Below, piece by piece: positions 38,268 to 48,945 of a stretch of DNA of 64,000 nt. Source of the DNA: Tubulanus polymorphus (lineage: Eukaryota; Animalia; Nemertea); NCBI RefSeq assembly GCF_964204645.1, contig NC_134031.1, positions 3,162,001 to 3,226,000 of the forward strand, given 5' to 3'. Below the pieces are notes generated by a model, which ran no database searches, was not told the origin of the DNA, and saw only the letters and a program-made list of their open reading frames with translations. Both the position numbers and the translations under genes were made by a program. Position 1 is the stretch's first letter. Each line of letters begins with the position of its first letter.

Positions 38268-39353
38268 ATGGTTATCACCGAAAATGCCGTTTTCAGCGTT
38301 GCTAGATATTACATGGCTTACGTCAATCCGTTTATCATATTCTCGGGAGTTGTCGGAAACGTGTTGACGCTCGTCGTCCTACCGACAATTCGTAACAAAG
38401 TGCACAGCGCGACGGTAACGTATTTACTCTGTCTGGCGGTCAGCGACTTGCTCGTTCTATTTTCGTCGAGTATTCCGGAGTGGTACGGAATTCACTTACC
38501 GGCCGTCATCGATCACGACAGCGACTCGTCGTCGACTTTTCCCAGGTTGAACATCCTCACAATCAGCGACGCGGCATGCAAGAACCTTTTCTACATCTAC
38601 GACGCTTCCTCGACGATTTCCGCGTGGATTCTGGTCATATTTGCCGTGGAACGATGCATAGCCATTTGGTTTCCGCTCAACGTTTCTACCCTGGTCACCA
38701 AACGGCGTAGGTACGTGGCGGTATTTTTTGTCATCTGTCTTGCGTGTCTCACTCGCTTCCCGTCGTTTCTCTACGCCGCTGTTCATTCGCCTGTCGGCAT
38801 TAACGTAACGATATGTTCGATCAAACCTTCCAATCTGGCACCGGGCATGTTTCAGTTGTATTCCATTCTCCAGTACATGCTGCATACGACAATTCCGTGG
38901 GCGGCTATTTGTACTAACTCGGCCCTAGTCCTGGCTCGGATACGCTCGCCTTACGGGCACCTCAGATCGGCTTCCGCTGTAAACATCAAACGCGATCGTA
39001 AATGCTTGCTGAATCTGATGGCCGTCAACGGCGCGTTTATCATCTTACTCGGCCCGCAGACTATCATCGGAACCTTGTACACGTGCTCGCGAAGTCAGAG
39101 TAGCGATTTGAGTTTCATACCGGCCGGGTTCACGTCTCATTTGACGCATCTGTTCGAATTGAGCGTCCTGGCGAAGAACATCGCCGCGGTGAATCATTCG
39201 ATAAACAACGTAATTTACACGTACAACATCAAACAGTATCGCGAAGGTTTGAAGCGAATTTTCTGCTGTCGACGAAACGACGATTCATCGGCGAGATACC
39301 TGAATCGGCGTAGCGCTATCAGTGCACGTCGGTCATCGGAAACGGATTTATAG
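38268..39353 (+). CDS. Rhodopsin-class (class A) 7TM GPCR, peptide-receptor-like orphan, single-exon CDS, 361 aa
   Basis: TM1 GVVGN; TM2 LAVSD; Cys3.25 in DAACK; TM3 ERC followed by IAIWFPL; ECL2 Cys in VTICS; TM5 TIPW..N; TM6 FIILLGP; TM7 NHSINNVIY; helix 8 QYREGL. Confidence 0.92.
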   Translation: MVITENAVFSVARYYMAYVNPFIIFSGVVGNVLTLVVLPTIRNKVHSATVTYLLCLAVSDLLVLFSSSIPEWYGIHLPAVIDHDSDSSSTFPRLNILTISDAACKNLFYIYDASSTISAWILVIFAVERCIAIWFPLNVSTLVTKRRRYVAVFFVICLACLTRFPSFLYAAVHSPVGINVTICSIKPSNLAPGMFQLYSILQYMLHTTIPWAAICTNSALVLARIRSPYGHLRSASAVNIKRDRKCLLNLMAVNGAFIILLGPQTIIGTLYTCSRSQSSDLSFIPAGFTSHLTHLFELSVLAKNIAAVNHSINNVIYTYNIKQYREGLKRIFCCRRNDDSSARYLNRRSAISARRSSETDL

Positions 39354-42300
39354 ACACATCTTCGATCAGGACAAAAATGTTCTCAGGCAGACTTTTTCAA
39401 ATGGATTTACTCATCAATTTGTTTGTCTATCACGCTGGATGATAAGAATGGCGTTCCAGCACACACATGATGCGCTACAACAAAGTTATAATCCGTACTG
39501 AAAATTAGATCATTCTCAATGAACTTTGTACAGGACTTAAAGTCTCCCAAATGAAAATGTGGTCAAACAAGTCATCAAATAGGTAGATTGACGTTCCATG
39601 GTTTCGTTTTAATGGAAATTGATTTACTGATGCGAAAAAAAGATTCGAATCTTATTGAAATGTAGAAGAAATTGAAGCGTGGTAACCGAGTAACCACTAG
39701 CCAACCTGGCGGATCCTCACCTGCCAAACGTGGAATCCTCGATTGCCACAGTAGCGGCGCCGGTACCCCATTGAATTCGAACCATTGTGAAAAGTACAAA
39801 TGATTATGTGTTTCACAGATTTCTCCGTGGTTACGTAAAATATGTCGTTTGTTTATGATACCGTACAATATATATATACTCATATAAATGATATTCAATT
39901 GATCGTTACTTCTATCGATACAGATACTCCATAACTCAACGTTTATTTCGTGTTACTGCTTTTAGAATTGAAACTTCCCTATTGTAAAACAATAACTGAC
40001 ATCAATGTCACAGTCGCTCTTCAATTTCTGAGTGAACAGCGATCTTTTAAAAATCGAGGTAACTGACCGAACTCTTTTATACAAGATTTTGAATAAGTCA
40101 ATGAAAGTTCTGTGAATGTTCGGCAATTTTGACTGATATTTTTCGCACAACTACAACTTCACTGATAACTGATTTTTAGGTAAAACGTATTTTCGAATCT
40201 GTATTCCACGGGTGCGTCCGGAGGACACATTTGTACAAAAGAATTCCAAAGGACTCAACAAAGGATTAAACCTCGAAATTTTTACAAAATATGACCCCAG
40301 GACGCTCCCGTAATTATTCGTCTTTTGTGCTTTAATCTATTTAATTTATACATGTATTCATTGTGGAAAATATATCTTGTCATGAATCTACATGTTCCTT
40401 AGATGAATAAGTGACGGGGAGAAGTGACGTCTGAGCACCAGTACTCAGTACCCAGGTAACAAAAACCGGTTACTCCCAGTTAGCTGCGAGCACTCCAACA
40501 GTTGGAGTGTGTTTTCCCACAAGAATTTACGGTACCGCCCGCCGTCACTGACTGCCGGACTCGGACACCCTAACACCACCGTACAGTTTCTATAGTAAAT
40601 CTAACACTTTCAGACCTGTCAGACGATTATAGACTATTTCAAGATTCAAGTCGAGACAACGTCAGTCTACAAACAATCAACGGATAATTTTCACCTGTGA
40701 CCGATCAACATCTTAATTACGCCGATAGTCTTACTTTTTCTTTTTCACATCTTTCGGAATTTCCACTGCAGCTTTATATTTGAGAAACCCATAGAGTAAA
40801 AGCTTATCCACAATGCTATATACTAAATAGAACAAATTCATTCACTCTTCGCTCAATTCCTACGGTCTAGCCAGGATTATACTCGCTCCGCTACCTCAGA
40901 TTAGACAATAAAAGGTTTAACCACTCGTAATTAGCCAACCACCTGTCAAATGTATTTCCATACTAATCCCATCATGGCATCAAACCATTAGCGCAACAGT
41001 TATCATCTAGTTGAATATGACTTCAACATAGCTATGCTTCATTCTATGAAGCTGGACAGGCTTAGGTCATCTAAAATCTAAGTTTTCTTGAATCTACATA
41101 AGCTGTTCGCTTTCTACTCATTAACCTTCTAGATGAAATAGGACAAGACCTAGCGATGTTTGTTGGGTGGATGCAAAGCTTTATCAAAGTCGTACGGTAA
41201 CAGACGAACGCGTTGCGTAATGACTACGTCATTAATAATCCATTCCGCAGACGGCTGAATTACTCAGCGAGTCTGTCCCATACATCCTTTCCCCCTAAAC
41301 TCATTTCCTGTAAAACTTCAACCATTTTACACGACGGCGCGGTTCCAATTTCGCAAAATACAATTAAGCTCAGCTGCTTCACTGATCACAAGGAGAAAAT
41401 CTAATCCTGATAAACTTTTTGAAATTGTACCCCGGTTTTGAGATGTGCGCGTTTAGAAAACACTAAGCTGCTTATATAACACAGAAGGACAGTGACGCCA
41501 CCAAAAAGGTGATCAAAAGGTAGAGGCCTACGCGACTGAGATCCGACGCCTTAAGGGGAAAAAGTTTTGTAGTTATATATAGCGATAGATGACATATTGT
41601 CTTGGCTAAGCTTCTGAGAACCTTAGTGTCGGTGGTGACCCCTGGTGGTTTAGGAGACGTCTCAGTACACAGAGTATACGGAGTATCCGGTCACCCTCAG
41701 GAGTAGTTGAAGGTCAAGCTAGCTCGTTGAATATAAACGTCGCGATATCTAAACGAATTAAACATATCAAGTGATTCGTTAACATGTTACGTCCTTTGCC
41801 AGACAATCAGCGATTACAATTTCGTAGAGACAATCTCGTAACCCTTCTCGTTTGGAAAAAATCAATTTCTCTTCTGGCCGTCGCCGTTAATACTCGATCG
41901 TTAATTTCTGTCGTCGCGTTTTCGCAATCACTTTGTCCTTGGGTTAATTACTGGCGTAATTAATTGAAATGGAAAGTGCGCAACAGTTAATTAGCTGGTA
42001 GTTCTGTCCGCAGGGGAGGTACGTATCAGGCGTGAATCCGTCATCTGCTTAGACGGAACTGTTTTAGCACCCGCGATAACCTGGCAAAAGCCCTTCACTT
42101 TTTATTTGTCAAATTACGGCTAAAAAGGTATACAACATCCAGTCTACTTTATATGGTTATTCTATGTTATAATGAATAGCGTTAAAAGGGTTAATATCTT
42201 CAATATCTAATAATTCTACCATGGATTCAAATCTTTATGGAACTGGTTTTTGCACCGTTTTATGAACTAGCTTAATCTTTAACCTCGGGTTTCATTCAAA

Positions 42301-43226
42301 TGTCTTGAGTCGAGTTATTCCCACTGTTCCTTGGTTATTGAAAAACGTGACATGACGTGACGTAACTGGCATTATCGATCCACGCTGATTACGAACGAGT
42401 TTCAACCACCGACAACTCGAGCGAAGCGGCCAACGATTTTTTCAACCATGAAAATTAATCAACGAAAGAATAATCACGTTGTGTTATCGATAGAATCACT
42501 CCTCGATCGGCATTTCGCTAAAACATTTTTATTTGGCTTCGGCCAATGTTTAATTACTTTTTCGAGTCAATTGCACGGCGAGGAATGGACGGGCTTTTCT
42601 CCTGAGAAATGCGGCCGGCTTTGTTGTGCGGGAACGTCGACATTTGGCTAAATGATTATCGACAAATACGTTATTAGGACGAGAAAAACAACGGCGCCAG
42701 ATCGCAATGAATTAACCGAGGCCAACGACACCGTGTGACATCAATAACATCGCATATTTACCAATGTTTTAAGCGGAAACAATTACGAGCCAAAAATGCC
42801 GTGTTAGACAACACGATTGCCATACGTGGTAAATATCGTGTTTACGTGATTCTGATTATATGTGCTCAATATGGCATTGTTACATGTTATTTCATAATAT
42901 AAATGCAAAGTAATTACAAAGAATTGAAATTCTATAGTGCTAAGTTTTAAAACACTTATCTCGTACGCGATTAAGACCAAACAATAAGTTAATCACTGAC
43001 TAAAAAGTGTATTTAGAATACTCATGAGCTTGGCTTCCTGTCCTTGATCAGTAACAGCTTGGAATACTCCATTGCTTTAGGCATCCGCCAATGTTTTAAG
43101 CATTCGAACCTGCCTGATGGTATCGAGACTTCCAAAGGTGTCTCACGACGCCATCAGGTCCGAATGTGACAGGATGAGCTTCAGGGTACCTATGATCGTC
43201 GGTACTGGTAGGTGGACCGGCGAGCT

Positions 43227-43413
43227 CAGGGTAGGATCTAGGGTCTGATTCAGGGAGGGGTGCACCCCCAAAATTTTTGGAAATATAGAGAAAAGCTGTG
43301 AGAGAATTTAAACTTACACATGTTTACATTTTTCCGTAAAATTTCTGGACAACTTCATATTTCAAAAGGGGACGCGCACCTCCAGCACCGGCCTCCTCTT
43401 GGATTCGCCTCTG
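43227..43413. mobile_element. Non-autonomous DNA transposon (MITE) with CAG..CTG termini and 5-bp TSD
   Basis: gagct|cagggtaggatcta ... tggattcgcctctg|gagct; imperfect TIRs and an exact GAGCT flanking duplication. Confidence 0.65.
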
Positions 43414-46400
43414 GAGCTACGTGGCACCATACTGAGAGGAATATTGAGACTTCAGTTGCAGATTCGGTCAATCGCTAAAGCGATCAAATTGCGCAATTCC
43501 CACATTCAGTAAACCCGATTGAAAGATAACTGACCAATACGAATTTCGTATTTCACGTGCTTCGATTCAGATATTACTTGAAAACGAACTTACTTGGACT
43601 CAAAAGAGAAACGTTACTGGTTGGGTCTTGGCGTTTAGCGGCGACCGGAACTCAGAAGATAGCAAAAGATTTATTTCTCGACTTGGTTTCACCGTCCGTT
43701 TACCATCAAACACCGAATAAGGTTGATCAAACCTTAAGCCGGGACGAACTCAACTCATCCCTGTTTAACTATCCACACCCGTTTGAGGTGATCATTTCCG
43801 AATTCCGCCGACGTTTTTTGAAACGTGTTAAAACGTCACAACCCGATGGAACGTACCCAATTTTGTATTCTTTCCGCAAGGTCCAGACAGCCTGTAATCC
43901 TGTTAAACTCGCTGTTTAAACAATTGTAATCTGAATAATTAAGGCTCACCGGTCACAAGAGACTCCTAATGTACGTAACAGCTCGTGAACCAAGCTGCTA
44001 CGATACGATATGTGACAATATGAGTTTCCATTCCGAAACGCGGATTTCGGCACAAGCTGGTCACTGGATGCGTGGTTAGAGAGTAACGAGTCTACGAGCT
44101 TGGCTAGCAGCAAAAATTGAGTTAATCAGTCGTACACCGACGGTAAAGGAGTAAGCTACGTCCCTCGTCACAGGCGAATCTAATGAAGCCACAGAGCTGC
44201 GTGACTCTTCTTTTTATAACTGGTTGTGTTTTCGTGCTCTGCGGTGGCGAATACCTGGTTTGAAGGCCCCGAGAGCCCCCTCTCAGTCTGCTTAGATTCT
44301 CATGTCGTCCCGAGCCGAAAGTCAGTAATCTGACTCTGCTGGAACGATTTAGCCCACAGGCTGGATAGAATTTCTTCGTCGAGCAAAATGTTCCATACTC
44401 CGCACATGCTGCAGAGATTTGAGATGTAAACCGTGTGTTGATTGACGGTCCAGATCTTAATTTTTAGTTATATATAATACTTATATATACATCGTAAGTT
44501 TGATTCTTGGAGCCGACATTAATTTCTCGGTGTTGAAAGCTCAGAATTTCTCAGCTGTGTGCGTGCTCAGTTAGAATAAGATTACGATTATTTTGAATGG
44601 AAATAAAGTTATCATTAGTCGAAATATGACTTTTTATTGCAAACCGCAGGAAATGCTGGCATTATTGGGATTCGAACACGAGAGTCTTTACGTGCTCAGT
44701 TTATTGCGATGACGCGTGCTCAGTGTGCCTTTTACGACATCCGGCCTTTTGTTGTCGGTAGATTACGTAAGAGTCGTTGGCGCAGAGCTCTAAAGAATGA
44801 CGAGTTTGAATTACTAATGCTCTTAGAATAAATCGTGATTGAGAGATGGCAAATCTACGATCAGAGGCGAGAGAGCGGAAGAGATGGGAGGCGGTTATAT
44901 CATTCCTCATCATTTACACGACTTGCTGTCCACCCTGAAAATCCATCAGGCCCTAAACGATTAGTTCCACTCATTTTTGATTCAGAGGAAAATATTGAGC
45001 AGAAACGTTGTACTTCGTTATATCAACTGAACAAAGACCGCTCTGAAAGGCCATCATATCACATCCTCGCTTGCCAGGGGTCCGGTATCACTCCCGAACT
45101 CGCTTCCATCAGCCCCCTGGCCTCACGAAGCGTGATTTCATTACTGGCGCTGTTGCGCATGACGTCATATATCGATTTGCAAAATACTTCCTTGTTCAGT
45201 AAAACGTTCGCTGATTGATCCATTAAAGGGGAAAACCAATAGAAGCCTAAAGTCGTTTGTTACAAGCGCTGTGATTGGTACGACCGGATTCTGGTCGGTT
45301 AGTAACGACTACAACGACTCGTGAGGTCAAGGGGTTCGGCGAACAGCTTTAGCGTAGTGGGTTCGAATCCCTTGACGGGTGAAGATGCCATATCAGAGCT
45401 TCACTTTAAAACTCAGATCCCTGTTCAGTTCCAACTAAATCGAACACGTATCCATGCACCCGCATGTTCGCTGCATGTTCGCTGGAACGAAAAAAATCTG
45501 TATAATATTCGATTGAACTTGCAAAGTTTGACCGACCGCGGTTTCGAGGAAGCACGCAACCTTGATGAGGAAGTGTAAACCGCAGATAAGGATGGTTTTC
45601 GCGATCAATGCCACATAAAACAACTGTGAGCGCGCTTTAGGTGACGAAATGGATCGTAAATCGTGGGATCAAGAGTAGCTTGTTTACCTTAAAGGCTTGT
45701 CATGTACTCGCTGATCCCTCGGCCTCGCGTATATCGTATTATCAACGAAAAAACTTCCGTCCTAATGGGGTTTATATTGTGCGTTAATATTTTATAGTTG
45801 TTCATAGAAAGTGCGGATGATCATGATCGAGTGCGATACAAATTGGCGACATCCAGAGCTGGTCGGGGATAACGCGTCAGTGACGAATAATAAGATAGTC
45901 TAATTTGCCGTGACGTATGGCGCGTCTAGCGATTTATCGGCGACGTTAATATCGTTGAACACACGTACTGAAGGGTAAATCCCATGAGTTGAAAACATCG
46001 AAAGTATATTATAAATATAGAGTACCGTATATATATATAATGATTGTCCCATGTTTGTATTCGCAGAGGAGTTGATAGTCAGTCAGAGCATAGACGTCTT
46101 AAGTAAAACTAGTTTATACGTCCATGGTTGCAGTTTGTGAAATGCCAAACGAGCAACAGATTGCGATTGTCAAGTGAACCTGCACTTGATGATTTTTAAT
46201 GGATTTATTCCTCTAACGTTTCGAGGTTGTAACTAAACATCATCGTCAGAAAAACGAGAAAAAATATATTTGATATTAAATCCGTTTACCAGTCATGTTA
46301 TTGTCAACTTTGCTCGACTCTATTCGACAAACTCTTGGTCTTATAGACGGACCGATAGACGACCGACAACTTAAGCCGCCTGACCACTGGTCAGTTTTTA

Positions 46401-46799
46401 TTGTATTTGAGATAAATCCCGAAATCATCAGGTGGATTTACGCCCGATGTTAGCACACTCCGCCTCAATCGTGACCTAAAATGTACTTTCAAGTCTTCAA
46501 TAGAAAATTTATCTTGGTTATATTTTCTACGGTTTTGCGTGCGACGTATCGCCGTTGATGGATTCTCACGATAACGCGCCATCCATCACCATTCTATCCG
46601 TTGTTACTCGCCATTTCACACAATTTGCGTTGCAATTCGTTATTCGATATTTCGGCTGATTGCGACGATTTTAAAATGCGATCATCGCCGTTTAGCGTCG
46701 ATATCTGGAATTTAAACGCAGCGACCGCATGCGATACCGCAGCTAAATGTCATGTTTCACTGCTTCGACTCGTTATTCGGGCGCACTTACTTTTAAACG

Positions 46800-47035
46800 G
46801 CATTTTCTGACGCCGTAAAAAAAAACAGGTGCAATTTTTCTCTTTCAAATTGATAATCAAAGGTAAGTGAGTGAATCATCAATAACAAATGAAGATTGGC
46901 GTTTTCTGTGATTAATTAAATTTCATGATTCGCATTTTCTATTCAATGAATTTTCATGCAATTTGGATGATGAATTAGAATATTGCGTGTTCTACGTCAT
47001 CAATATTGGGGATAGACTGGTTGCCGGTCAATATT
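46800..47035 (+). repeat. Dispersed repeat F, internally deleted copy 3
   Basis: tgacgccgtaaaaaa, ctacgtcatcaatattgg and tagactggttgccggt occur in the same order as in copy 1. Confidence 0.65.
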
Positions 47036-48697
47036 ACCATATAATCATATACGTCGTGTTTGTACTAAAACTGCACAATCTGCGTCTGGAATTAATTCAT
47101 TAAGTTTGAGTCGTCGAAAAAAATCCTCGGACGGCTCGGCGATAAATCCATTAATGAAATTGCCTTTGCATAAACTGACCATTTGTCAAAATAATTGCTT
47201 CATGTGAAAAGACGAAGGAAAGGACTGTACTAAGATAGAGCGTCTCGCAATACATCAATTTAATCTCAATAGTGTATTGATATTGAAAGCGTCTCACGAC
47301 ACCGTTGAAGATATTCGGCGTAAAGAAAGAAGGAATTTAACAATAAGCTCCAATGATTTATGCGTTATCGAATTATGGTAAACATCGGGGCTCGTTTCAA
47401 ATTCCTCATCGTTTTAAGATCCATTCTTTACTAGGTTTTCAAACGGGTTAAAGGTATCCATGAATAATCTACATTTTTGTCTTTTTTCAACCAGCGGGTT
47501 TACACAATTGAGTAGTTGTTAGTCAATTATCGATCTATCAAACCAGCCCATGAGGTTAACTCATGATTTTTAAGCTTGAATAGGTCTCTAAAACCGGCTC
47601 CCGAAAACGTCTGCCACGGAACCGCTCGAGGCCGTGCTCTATACACGACCCGGGATTAGATTTCATTAAAGTTCATTTCGTGTCGGTAGATTTTAATCAA
47701 ATAGTCGTCTGCAGGCGATATTGACTTTCCGTGCGCAGTCTGATGTAATCACGGTTTTCTGCAGATGATTTACACAGCGGGACGCGCTTGATCAACACCG
47801 CGAATCTGCCGAAAAACCGACCATTATTTCGATCGGTTCGAAAAATCGCCACAATTAAACCAACAAAAAGTAACCGAACCCCATTAACAATGTGAGACTA
47901 GAATAAACAATAGAATAGATGAACGATGGAGAAGTTGAACCAGGGATGGGAGAGAGAATCTTCTGAGAGGTGTAAATAAGAGTAGCCTTTATCTGTTAGA
48001 TCGCCAGAAGTGCTTAACAGGAGACGGATATCATTTCCTGTAAATTCGCCCTGTTGCGTACATACGCGCGCTCGTAAAACTTTATTACAGAATAAGACCG
48101 AATTATCTAAAACCTTTTTAACTGTCGAACTCCACAGGAAAAACTCGCATGAACTTAGAACCATATATAAGAAACGGTTTGGAATTCTTTAAGATATCTT
48201 ACTGTAATTGTCATCTTTGCTGACATAACGCCTAAGTTCTGGATCTGATACGGACGTGTTTGCTTAGATTTTATTGGCTGGCTGACTTGTAGGCTGGGGT
48301 GGCGCCACCGGCTGGAGCTATACCACCCGCTGGCAGAATAATGTCATTCTCTGTCGCAGCAAAGATGCTGATGGACATACGCACATCTTTCGTTTTCGAG
48401 CAAAAAATCTGAATCTGGATCTGAATCTGGTCATAGACCTTTGCACTGATTTCGGTATTTTTCCCCAAAGACTCGACCGGCGCTTCAGATTACTTAATCA
48501 GTCTCACCTGGGCGGTTTCATATTTCCGTTTCGGCTCCACTGAAATCATTTTTGAATCGTCGCATCGCGCGATTCAGATTTCCACCGATAATGTGAATGT
48601 AGATAATCCGTAAGGCAACTACTTTCGATGTACATTCCGTCTCAAGAACTAAGATGTCTATTGATAATGGGTAATGTGATCGCACGTGTGGCTTGTT

Positions 48698-48945
<248 letters not shown>

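Noticed and set aside
33582-39353. Identical length (361 aa) of the two GPCRs suggesting an inverted duplication
   Set aside because: The sequences share only generic class A motifs and differ in cysteine pattern; equal length looks coincidental.
45321-45390. tRNA gene suggested by GGTTCGAATCC
   Set aside because: No cloverleaf or acceptor stem could be formed; at most a SINE remnant.
48293-48543. Open plus-strand frame after a ttgtag acceptor (GWGGATGWSYTTRW...)
   Set aside because: No strong donor or homology recognised; the GC-rich island is equally explained by CTCF-like motifs.
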